Shown here: piece after piece, positions 26,352 to 34,547 of the stretch
How the letters are laid out: each line of letters begins with the position of its first letter
Numbering within the stretch: position 1 is the stretch's first letter
Origin: a candidate division WWE3 bacterium CG23_combo_of_CG06-09_8_20_14_all_40_14
GTDB lineage: Bacteria > Patescibacteriota > WWE3 > CG2-30-40-12
Length of the DNA stretch: 34,547 nt
Direction of reading: 5' to 3'
Assembly: GCA_002770755.1 (NCBI GenBank)
Contig: PCQY01000032.1
Coordinates: forward strand, 18,344-52,890
Notes under the pieces: generated by a model
Databases searched by the model: none
Seen by the model: the letters and a program-made list of their open reading frames with translations, nothing else
Told to the model about the DNA's origin: nothing
Program-made: the position numbers and the translations under genes

Positions 26352-27815
26352 CTATTCATTCCTAATTTCAACTTTTATACGAGATTTTATATGAGGGGTA
26401 GTGTTTAAAAATCCCGGAAGTCTTGGCCAAACAGTTAGCTCATAAGAAGTTACATTTTTTAAACTGTCCAAATATTCTTTAGCGGCGGGAACTCTTACAT
26501 TAGCAATATTATCCCTAACTTCCTCAGCACTTATTTTCGGCACCACAAAACTTCTAACCTTAACCAATAACTCCAGCTTATCTTTAGACAACGGCATAGG
26601 CTTGCTTGCAAGCACATTTCCTATTTCAAAACGGGTCTCCGCATCCGAAAAAGCATATTGTTCAGGAACAGACCTCTCCAAAACGCTCTTAACAATTTGT
26701 TCCAAATCGTTTTGATAGTACGCCAATGTGTATGTCCTCCCCTGTAAAGAAAGGTTTAATTTATCCGCCTCGTCATCAACATTTTTATCAAACACCTCAT
26801 CAAAAATTTCAAACCCTATGGAATTTTCGGCAATTTTCTGCTCCCCAACAAGTTTTAACTCCAAATCTGTTTTAGCGCTTAACTTTAGTTTCTCCTCCAA
26901 AGTTTGCTTAAGCGCTTCTTTATCCTTTTCTGAAACTGCGTGCACCTTCTTGCTGGAACCTCCCAAAAACTCTTTCTCGTTTTGGGCAAGAAAATCAGAG
27001 GTTTTATGGTCGTCCACATAAAATTTTTGGTCCTCTTTAATATTATAAACCGCGCCAAAATTTTCGGCTTCAACCCCCACTTCAGAAAACCCATAAGTAA
27101 TGCCCTCTGGAAGCTCTTGCCGCTCCTCAACAACAACATCCTCAAGAGTGTAATAATTCAGCTCCTCCGTATCCGCAGTAATCAAAATTAGTTTAGTCCC
27201 TTTGCTAAAAGTTTTTTTGCCCGAAGTTTTATTGTATATTTTTACCGTTCCTTTAGCTTTTTCTCCAACCTCCTTCTCCCCGGAAGTTTGAATAGAATCG
27301 CTTAACTTTCTAACTGCCTCAAGTAGAACAGCTGGAATCTCCTTATCGCTCTCACTAACCTTTTCCGCTTTTGCGCTTGCTGTAATATCCACATTTTTAA
27401 CAAGCATTTCAGAATTTATATTTATTACAACATCCGCCTTCGGAACAACCCACCAAAAGCCAATCCCTAAACCAATTAACAGCAAAAAAACACCTGCCAA
27501 AAGCGCCGCATTTTTTAATATAGAAAATATTTCCATTTTTTGCACGGGCGCATCTTTAGAAAACTCTTTTTCTTCCAAAGAAGGTTGATAACTTTCCGCT
27601 TCCAGAAACTTTAGAGACTCGCCCTTTTCGTTAACAAACGATATTTTTTTCCCCAGCAAATCCGCCTGCCTTTCTAGGAACTTAAAGGATATTACATTAC
27701 GCAAAAAAGGTATCTCAGAAGAACCCGCAAACACAAGCTCCAAATCCTCAATCTTACGCATATCCTCCGCAAGCGTGCATAAATCGTCGGCTTTATTAAT
27801 AACAATTTTTTGCAT
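26352..27815 (-). CDS. Bitopic membrane protein with a baseplate-J-like extracellular region
   Basis: Cytoplasmic N-domain, one TM, KAKGTVKIYN..GTKL...VEAENFGAVYNI...FLGG pattern resembling baseplate J/gp47-like domains; ends WP....P....RI.V. Confidence 0.6.
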   Translation of the reverse strand: MQKIVINKADDLCTLAEDMRKIEDLELVFAGSSEIPFLRNVISFKFLERQADLLGKKISFVNEKGESLKFLEAESYQPSLEEKEFSKDAPVQKMEIFSILKNAALLAGVFLLLIGLGIGFWWVVPKADVVININSEMLVKNVDITASAKAEKVSESDKEIPAVLLEAVRKLSDSIQTSGEKEVGEKAKGTVKIYNKTSGKKTFSKGTKLILITADTEELNYYTLEDVVVEERQELPEGITYGFSEVGVEAENFGAVYNIKEDQKFYVDDHKTSDFLAQNEKEFLGGSSKKVHAVSEKDKEALKQTLEEKLKLSAKTDLELKLVGEQKIAENSIGFEIFDEVFDKNVDDEADKLNLSLQGRTYTLAYYQNDLEQIVKSVLERSVPEQYAFSDAETRFEIGNVLASKPMPLSKDKLELLVKVRSFVVPKISAEEVRDNIANVRVPAAKEYLDSLKNVTSYELTVWPRLPGFLNTTPHIKSRIKVEIRNE

Positions 27816-27818
27816 TCT

Positions 27819-28985
27819 TTATTTCAAAACTTCTAAACCAACCATCCCCAAAGAAACGGGAACAACATTTCTTAAATCTTTTAAGTACCCGTTAGGGTCC
27901 TCTATATTTTGAAAGTCTTTCAGAGTTACTATTTCTGCCTCCGGGACAGATTTAAACGGAAAATTCTCATACCATTTTCTTTCCTTTAGTATTTTTACAA
28001 GGTCATAAGTCAGCCCCCCTCCCCCGAATATAAGAATTTTTGGCGGAAACACTTTTATACCATCAAAATTTTCCAAAACGGTTTCTATACCCAAAAGCCA
28101 ATAATTTAAAACTTTAGAGGTGATTTCTTTTATCTGCTCTGCCCCTAATGTTCCTTCCTCGTAAGCGATTTTCTTTTTCTCCGCTTCGCTTATTTCCACA
28201 TCCAAGATGGAAGCTATTTCTTTAGTAAGCTGGCTGCCGCCAAAGTCTAAAGTTTTAGTGGAAACAATTCCGCCTCCATAACAAATACCAACATCTGTTT
28301 TATCCCCCCCAAAATCTACTAAAATAGCATTAAGAGCTTTGTAATTTGGGCTTAGGAATTTAGACAGCGCATACATTTGGGAACTTGCCGCCGTAAAATT
28401 AACTTTTAGTTTCTTGCAAAGCTCCGCTAAAAAAGACAAAGTATCTTTTTCAGCAAACGAAGTAAAAAGGCCTATTTCTAAATACTTGCTAGATTTATCA
28501 AGAACATCCTCTACCAAAACGCCGTCAATTCTGGAAGATATTATGCCCGAATTAACCATAGTTAATTCTCTATCCTCTAAACCAACCCTGGAAGTTTGGA
28601 TTCGTTCCGCTTCAATAAAAGCCAGCTCTTGGATTCTTTTTATTATATCTCTCAGTTCTCCCTTAGAGACCCTTTCCTCCGGGTTCTGTCTTTTTACTTT
28701 TACCGTTGTGGCAAATCCAAACACGGTTTCCCCAGAAAGGCCAAAAATAACATTCTGCCCTTCAACAATATAATCTTTAAGAATAGATGAAATTGCTCCC
28801 AAGTCGGTGAACATCCCCAAATTCACCGCATCTTTGGGAGTATTTACAGTAGAAAGATTTTCAAGAAGCAAACGGTTGTCGGGCAAAAAGAAGAATTTGC
28901 TTATTTTTATTAAAGAGGAGCCTAAATCTATAGCCAAGAAACTCTTATCGGGTTTTTTCCTTATTAAGGACAAGGGATTAAACAT
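27819..28985 (-). CDS. FtsA/PilM-like actin-fold ATPase
   Basis: LAIDLGSSLIK, LVDFGGDKTD, FGG..LT..IA, AEKKK, IFGGGG; start moved to ATG 28985, 9 nt after ATGACA-17-TATACT. Confidence 0.85.
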   Translation of the reverse strand: MFNPLSLIRKKPDKSFLAIDLGSSLIKISKFFFLPDNRLLLENLSTVNTPKDAVNLGMFTDLGAISSILKDYIVEGQNVIFGLSGETVFGFATTVKVKRQNPEERVSKGELRDIIKRIQELAFIEAERIQTSRVGLEDRELTMVNSGIISSRIDGVLVEDVLDKSSKYLEIGLFTSFAEKDTLSFLAELCKKLKVNFTAASSQMYALSKFLSPNYKALNAILVDFGGDKTDVGICYGGGIVSTKTLDFGGSQLTKEIASILDVEISEAEKKKIAYEEGTLGAEQIKEITSKVLNYWLLGIETVLENFDGIKVFPPKILIFGGGGLTYDLVKILKERKWYENFPFKSVPEAEIVTLKDFQNIEDPNGYLKDLRNVVPVSLGMVGLEVLK

Positions 28986-29019
28986 ACTAAATAAAGTATA
29001 GAACAAAAACCCCCCTTTG

Positions 29020-30735
29020 TCATCTATTCAATTCAACACAATAAGTTTTCTCTAAAATTACTTCGCCTTCCTTATATTTAAAAATATTAAGATTACCTCC
29101 TACCCAAATCTTCCATTTTTTTCTATCAGGAGAAACCGTTACAAAAAAGTTTATTTTTTCTATTGGCAAATTTTTTAAATTTGTGTTTTCGTTTGACACC
29201 CAGAAACTAACACTTAGCAACAGAGGCAACTCCTTATTTTTAGGAGAAATTTCCTCAAGCAAATTATCAAGCGCTTGTCTAAAATGTAAATTAGATTTAT
29301 AAAAATTCAATTTTTCTATATCCGAAACAACTTCCGGCAATTTATAAGAACCCTTATTTTCTGTAAGATCTAAATATTTTTTCGGGTAGCAAGCAATAAT
29401 ATCAACATATTTTCTGGGCTGACCACGACCAGTGCCAGCTTGAGGAAATATTGCCCTGTCCCCTTGGGCTCCGGGGTAACTCAAGGAAATAATATCAAAA
29501 CCATTCTTCCTTAAAACTTGATGAGCAACAATATAAGTAATGTCGTCCTCCTCAATAAAATCCCTTTCCTTCACTTTTGTTGCTTTTATGTTTGAGTTTT
29601 CTCCAAAAATGTTTTGAGTAATATCCCACCCTAAAACAATTTTGGTTTTCCCCCTTTTGTTTTGGATTAGCAACTTACTAGAATTAGAAAATATCGCAAG
29701 CAATGCCTTATTGAATAAATTTAGATTATCAGAAACAAATTTTGTAATATTTATCTCTTTTGAAACTAATTTAGGTGACAGGTACCCTTGTGTTTTTAAA
29801 AAAGTGGTAAAGTTGCCACCCATATCTAAACTGGTTCCCTCTATAAAAGCATTCAAGTAATCTAAATCATTTTTTAACTTATTTTTCTCAAAAACCCTGT
29901 CCCCACGGGATGGAAAAACTATTCTTGATATTATCTCCTCATTATATCTACATTTGTAATACCAAATCATACCTCTCTCCGGGTCCATTGCATGCCCCAT
30001 ACGATTAAGTTTAAAAAGAAAAGCATTCTCTTTTTTTAGCCATTTCAGCCTGGAGCTTCTAAAACTAGAATGATCGGCTAAAAGAGTAAATTTTTCAAGT
30101 CTTTCGAGCCATTCTACTAAATATTTATTTTTTATTTGGGGCAGAATAATTTTAGAAAGTCCCTGTTTCTTTACATCTTTATAATTTTCCGAAACAACTT
30201 TAATTGTTTTAACTATTAAATAATCAAAATTCGCTATATTTGGCGGACACGAAAGGTATTCAGGATTTCTCTCTACGAGACTTGGCGTTTCCATCGGCCA
30301 CTCAAAATGGAATGCTGGTAAGTTAAATCTTTTAAAGATCAAAGCATAGGGTTCAAAGGTATCAAAACCGATATTACCGCCATGTCTACTCTGCGATTCT
30401 TTAAATGGTGAAATCCTTACATAAAAACATTTTCCCGCTACCGCTCCAAGATAACCATCAAACCTTTGCAACTCGTGATCCTCCGTTGTTACAGCTTCAG
30501 AAAATTCTATTACAAACAGAGGTATTTCCTCAGTACCTACTACACAGGAAATCATTATATCCGGATTTTTAAATTTTAGTATTTTAGAAATTAAAGACCC
30601 GTCAATGTACCCCTTTCCTTTAGAAAGATAAACAAGTTTTAGTCCTATATCAGGAAAACTATTTTTAATAATTGGTTTAATGTAATGATTTGCCTGCTCG
30701 TATGATTCGTAATATATTCTTATTTCTCTGTTCAT
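29020..30735 (-). CDS. Putative restriction endonuclease with two PD-(D/E)XK-type catalytic centres
   Basis: N-terminal PD-X17-E-X12-QR and C-terminal D-X13-ENK; co-transcribed with two methyltransferases. Confidence 0.65.
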   Translation of the reverse strand: MNREIRIYYESYEQANHYIKPIIKNSFPDIGLKLVYLSKGKGYIDGSLISKILKFKNPDIMISCVVGTEEIPLFVIEFSEAVTTEDHELQRFDGYLGAVAGKCFYVRISPFKESQSRHGGNIGFDTFEPYALIFKRFNLPAFHFEWPMETPSLVERNPEYLSCPPNIANFDYLIVKTIKVVSENYKDVKKQGLSKIILPQIKNKYLVEWLERLEKFTLLADHSSFRSSRLKWLKKENAFLFKLNRMGHAMDPERGMIWYYKCRYNEEIISRIVFPSRGDRVFEKNKLKNDLDYLNAFIEGTSLDMGGNFTTFLKTQGYLSPKLVSKEINITKFVSDNLNLFNKALLAIFSNSSKLLIQNKRGKTKIVLGWDITQNIFGENSNIKATKVKERDFIEEDDITYIVAHQVLRKNGFDIISLSYPGAQGDRAIFPQAGTGRGQPRKYVDIIACYPKKYLDLTENKGSYKLPEVVSDIEKLNFYKSNLHFRQALDNLLEEISPKNKELPLLLSVSFWVSNENTNLKNLPIEKINFFVTVSPDRKKWKIWVGGNLNIFKYKEGEVILEKTYCVELNR

Positions 30736-30737
30736 AA

Positions 30738-31859
30738 TTATTTCTTCAGTAAAATTAAATGCTCCTTTTTTTCAAGAGCAGAGGCAAAACTTGGATTAAA
30801 TGCTCTAGAATGTCTTGAAAGTGGCACCGATACCCCATCTATATATTTCAAACCAATCTCACCAGAAAGTCTTTTAATAATCTCATCCATCTTTATTATT
30901 TTTTTATTTATTACAGAATCTCCAATAATAATGAAAATATTTTTGTGCTCTCTAATTATTCTTCTCATCTCTAAAAGACATTTTTTGATATCCTCCTCCC
31001 ATTTTTTAGGACTTTCTTTAAGTGAAGAAAACTCTCGTCTTGAGCCAATCTCATTTAATTGCGCGAATTTAATATCCATATCTAACCAATACTTCCTATG
31101 CTTATGATATAAGTAATAGTCATAAGTATTTGCATACGGAGGAGATGTAATTATTATATCAACAAAATCATCTTTGATTGCAGATAGATTTCGACTATCT
31201 AACTGTAAAATTTTAACATCTATTTTTTTATTTTTAGTCTTTTCAAAAAAATCCAAATGCGCTCTTTTAATTTCCTCAGCTTTCTCAATAAACATTTTTA
31301 TTGTTTCATAATCTTTTAATCTCTTCTCTATCGCCACATACCTTGTATCGCTTTCTTGGTTTGAAACTTTAACAATTATTGATGACAATACTATCAATAG
31401 CAAATCTCTTAAATCCTGCTCCTTAATTCTTAAAATATTTTCTTTAAGAAATGAAAGCTCCCTAACAACATTCTCCTGAAACCAATGCTCAATACTTTTA
31501 TAATAATACTCCTTAACCACATCCGTTTTTTTATAATGTTCTAACAGATAAGTAAGCAAAATATCAATTTTATTCAACAGTTTTTTATCTAGCGGTTTTC
31601 CCTTAACTTTGGACAAAAGACATGAGAGAGGATTTATATCATTCCCTATAGAGGAATATCCTAAAAGGGTAGCTTCCAGCAATGTTGTACCAGAACCAAC
31701 AAACGGGTCGCAGATTACATCCCCTTTATTAGCATATCTTTTAATTATCTCCCTTGGAATAAAAGCAGGAAATTTACAAGGGTAGGCATGAAAGGAATGA
31801 AGCGGATGATCTAGTCCTTTTCTCTCGTGATTAAATATTTCTAATAAATTATTACCCAT
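30738..31859 (-). CDS. Alpha-class DNA methyltransferase, probably N4-cytosine
   Basis: HSFHAYPCKF, DPFVGSGTT (motif I) before ITSPPY (motif IV). Confidence 0.9.
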   Translation of the reverse strand: MGNNLLEIFNHERKGLDHPLHSFHAYPCKFPAFIPREIIKRYANKGDVICDPFVGSGTTLLEATLLGYSSIGNDINPLSCLLSKVKGKPLDKKLLNKIDILLTYLLEHYKKTDVVKEYYYKSIEHWFQENVVRELSFLKENILRIKEQDLRDLLLIVLSSIIVKVSNQESDTRYVAIEKRLKDYETIKMFIEKAEEIKRAHLDFFEKTKNKKIDVKILQLDSRNLSAIKDDFVDIIITSPPYANTYDYYLYHKHRKYWLDMDIKFAQLNEIGSRREFSSLKESPKKWEEDIKKCLLEMRRIIREHKNIFIIIGDSVINKKIIKMDEIIKRLSGEIGLKYIDGVSVPLSRHSRAFNPSFASALEKKEHLILLKK

Positions 31860-32727
31860 TGTAGTAGGGCTTACGAAGAATTACAATAAATGAACAGTTT
31901 TGATTTGTATAGAAAACACTGGGATATCCTAAAAGCACCAGCCTCCTTTGGAAATTTTGATTCCAAATAATCAAATCGTGGTAATACCACCCTGCTTCTT
32001 TACCAACACTCGCTAGATCAGAATGGAAATCTATGTAAGGGATTTTATTTTTTGTATCCCTATAATCTTTTACCACCCAAACACTATACCCACCTATTTT
32101 TGTTACCTGCAAATTGTCTATCAATATCTTTTTGACCTCTTTGAGAAAGTCGGGGTAATCTAAATTACCAAAATCTTCTGCCTTTTGGCTATATTGTTTT
32201 ACAGTTGAATTGTTGGCATATTTTATTAAGGATGTTTTATGCACTTTCTGCCTATCTTTCAATGACCGTTGAATAAAGTTCGCGTAGGGTGGCGATGTGA
32301 ATGTTAGTTGGATAGAAGACTCCTTCAAATACTTTTTAAGATTTCTACAATCGTCATTGTAAATAACATGGAATAACTTACCTCCTTCTTTGTCAAAAAA
32401 ATTGGCTTTCTCCCGCTTCAAAACACCATTCGCAATTGTGAAAAATTTTTCATCCAGCTCTATACCTATTCCAGAACGCCTCTGCCTATATGCGCTTGTA
32501 ACAGTGGTCCCAACCCCAACAAATGGGTCAAAAACAATATCCCCTTCATTAGAGTACATTCTGATTATTCTATCCGCTAAAGCAATAGGATAGGTTGCTC
32601 CATGTTCTTTTTGATAAGGCTCCCGTGGAGAACTAACATCATCCCAAACATTTTTACTTAAAGATGCCCATTCTGTTGGCGTTAGACCATTAAAAGATTT
32701 TTTATCTCTTTCATTAATATCTTTCAT
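31852..32727 (-). CDS. Alpha-class DNA methyltransferase, probably N4-cytosine
   Basis: HGATYP, DPFVGVGTT before FTSPPY. Confidence 0.9.
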   Translation of the reverse strand: MKDINERDKKSFNGLTPTEWASLSKNVWDDVSSPREPYQKEHGATYPIALADRIIRMYSNEGDIVFDPFVGVGTTVTSAYRQRRSGIGIELDEKFFTIANGVLKREKANFFDKEGGKLFHVIYNDDCRNLKKYLKESSIQLTFTSPPYANFIQRSLKDRQKVHKTSLIKYANNSTVKQYSQKAEDFGNLDYPDFLKEVKKILIDNLQVTKIGGYSVWVVKDYRDTKNKIPYIDFHSDLASVGKEAGWYYHDLIIWNQNFQRRLVLLGYPSVFYTNQNCSFIVILRKPYYNG

Positions 32728-32745
32728 AATTTTGCATTCTACCCC

Positions 32746-34494
32746 CTATTCAAGTACCGCTTTTATTCTTTTAACATTACTCCCCACCGATTCCTGTTTA
32801 ATTATCTTAAACTTTCCCAACTCTTTTGTATTTTTAATGTGGGGGCCGGCGCAAAGCTCTTTTGAAAAATCCCCAATGCTGTAAACATTAACCCTATTCC
32901 CATATTTCTCGCCAAAAAATGCAAGCGCTCCTTCCTTCTGCGCTTTTTCAAGGGACATTTCTTCGCATTTAACGGCTACATTGCTCTTAATAATTTCATT
33001 AACTATTTTTTCAACTTCAAGCAATTCCGCATCCGTAAGTTTTCTATTAAACGAGAAATCAAACCTTAATCTTTCGGAAGTGATGTTACTGCCTTTTTGC
33101 GAAATGTTTGCGCGCAAGACTTTTCTTAGAACTGCGTGAAGGATATGCGTCGCGGTATGCAGTTTTTTTGTCTCCTCGCTTTTATCGGCAAGCCCGCCTT
33201 TAAACAACCCTTTGGAAAACTTCTGCGAGGATTTTATATGCTCGCTTTTCCGCTCTAAAAAACCTTTCTTGTCCACGCCTTTAATAAAACCCTTTTGGCG
33301 GACAAGCTCGTCCGTTACCTCAACAGGAAATCCATAGGACTCGTACAGCAAAAATGCTTTCTCTCCCGAAAATACAGCTCCAGAATTTTCTTTAGCCATT
33401 TTATCCAAAACCCTAAAACCCTTGCCTAACGCTAACGAGAACTTTTCCAGCTCCTCCTTTACTGTAGTGTGGACAAGATTTGATTGACGAAATTTTTCTA
33501 GCGAGGCCATCCCGGCAAGAGTGAACATTTTAACTGCAAATCGCCTAATAAGCCTTCGCAGAACATACCCTTGGTCCCTGTTGGAAGGAACAACTCCAGA
33601 CTCTATCAAAAATTCCGCAGCTCTTATATGGTCTGCCATTATTCTCATCGCTGGTACATTTGCGTTTTCGGAATAATTTTTACCTGTGAAACTCTCAATT
33701 TTCTGTATTATTTCCTGAAACACATCTATCTTGAAAATATCGGCGGTATTATTAACAGCCGCAGTAATCCTTTCAAGTCCTCCGCCAAAATCTACATTGC
33801 TTTGGGGTAATTTAGTAAACATCCCATCCCCCTTTTTTACATATTCCATAAAAACGGAGTTTCCAATTTCCATAAATCTTCCGCAATCACAGTTTGGATG
33901 GCAGGTCTTGCCAAAAGCGGGATTGTGAGAAATGCCAAAGTCGTAAAAAACTTCGGAATCGGTGCCGCCTATTTCCCCCACGGGCATTTCCTGAGGCGCT
34001 CCGCAACGACTCCACCAATTTTTTTCAACGGAATAACCGTAAATATGGTCATCCGAAACTCCTAACTTTCTCCATGTTAATATAACTTCTTCATCTTTCG
34101 GAATGGATTTGCTTCCATTAAAGTATGTTACAAAAAGTTTTTCCTTTTTAAGACCAAGTTCTTTAGTTAAAAATTCAAAAAAGTATCCGAGCTGTTCTTT
34201 CTTAAAATAGTCGCCTAAAGACCAGTTGCCCAGCATTTCAAAAAAAGTGGTATGGCTGGTATCGCCCACAAGTTCAATATCCCCAAGACGGATGCTGGGC
34301 TGGGAATTAACCAGCCGTTTTCCCAAAGGATGAGGTTTGCCCATTAAATAAGGAATGAGGGGCTGCATACCAGACGATGTAAATAAAGTTGTGGGGTCGT
34401 CTTTGGGAACAATAGAAGCAGGGGGAACAATTTTATGATTTTTCCCCACAAAAAAGTTTATGTATTTTTCCCGAACCTCGGATACGGCAGCCAT
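32746..34494 (-). CDS. alaS: Alanyl-tRNA synthetase, short form without the C-Ala domain
   Basis: DPTTLFTSSGMQP, HTTFFEMLGNWS.GDYFK, VDFGGGLER, ADHIR, GYVLRRLIRR; editing motifs HTATH and ELCAGPH. Confidence 0.96.
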   Translation of the reverse strand: MAAVSEVREKYINFFVGKNHKIVPPASIVPKDDPTTLFTSSGMQPLIPYLMGKPHPLGKRLVNSQPSIRLGDIELVGDTSHTTFFEMLGNWSLGDYFKKEQLGYFFEFLTKELGLKKEKLFVTYFNGSKSIPKDEEVILTWRKLGVSDDHIYGYSVEKNWWSRCGAPQEMPVGEIGGTDSEVFYDFGISHNPAFGKTCHPNCDCGRFMEIGNSVFMEYVKKGDGMFTKLPQSNVDFGGGLERITAAVNNTADIFKIDVFQEIIQKIESFTGKNYSENANVPAMRIMADHIRAAEFLIESGVVPSNRDQGYVLRRLIRRFAVKMFTLAGMASLEKFRQSNLVHTTVKEELEKFSLALGKGFRVLDKMAKENSGAVFSGEKAFLLYESYGFPVEVTDELVRQKGFIKGVDKKGFLERKSEHIKSSQKFSKGLFKGGLADKSEETKKLHTATHILHAVLRKVLRANISQKGSNITSERLRFDFSFNRKLTDAELLEVEKIVNEIIKSNVAVKCEEMSLEKAQKEGALAFFGEKYGNRVNVYSIGDFSKELCAGPHIKNTKELGKFKIIKQESVGSNVKRIKAVLE

Positions 34495-34500
34495 AATTGA

Positions 34501-34509
34501 ATTTTAACA
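34501..34509 (-). promoter_or_regulatory. Extended -10 promoter of alaS (leaderless-type)
   Basis: TGTTAAAAT, 6 nt, ATG 34494. Confidence 0.6.
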
Positions 34510-34547
34510 CATCCACAATTTTTGCCGAACCGAAAACTTTCTCACGC

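Noticed and set aside
26352-27815. Prophage or contractile injection system
   Set aside because: No other phage or tail genes; the protein has a TM anchor and sits among housekeeping genes
1-34547. CRISPR arrays, tRNA or rRNA genes
   Set aside because: No regularly spaced repeats or recognisable RNA gene structure seen in the short intergenic regions

Overview
Chromosomal window of a small-genome bacterium with a Patescibacteria/CPR-like gene set (short AlaRS, mini-TsaB, short PGK, class I aldolase; WWE3/Microgenomates-like by inference), standard genetic code. The backbone is mostly on the minus strand: alaS, ftsA-like, baseplate-J-like membrane protein, ruvX, mltG, aldolase, pfkB kinase, ftsK, rodZ-like, ytxG/ytxH-like, galT-like, prfB, ftsE, ftsX, M23 peptidase, LTD protein, vanZ, tsaE-tsaB fusion. 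pgk is on the plus strand, and a large LTD/Ig-repeat surface protein missed by the ORF track runs off the left edge. Two defence insertions interrupt the backbone. (1) About 8.87-16.65 kb, between prfB and the ftsEX region and bracketed by GGGTTAAACCC repeats: a DUF433/DUF5615 toxin-antitoxin pair (toxin has a nonsense codon), a RadC(JAB)-adenine methyltransferase fusion, an AlwI-family endonuclease, a second methyltransferase and GmrSD, with structured attC-like spacers. (2) 29.0-32.7 kb: two TSPPY-type methyltransferases and a 571-aa protein with two apparent nuclease centres. Other oddities are a circularly permuted M23 domain, an orphan IS200/IS605-like right end, and many -10 boxes placed 6-9 nt before start codons (leaderless architecture). 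All family calls are from motif recognition by eye, not database searches.
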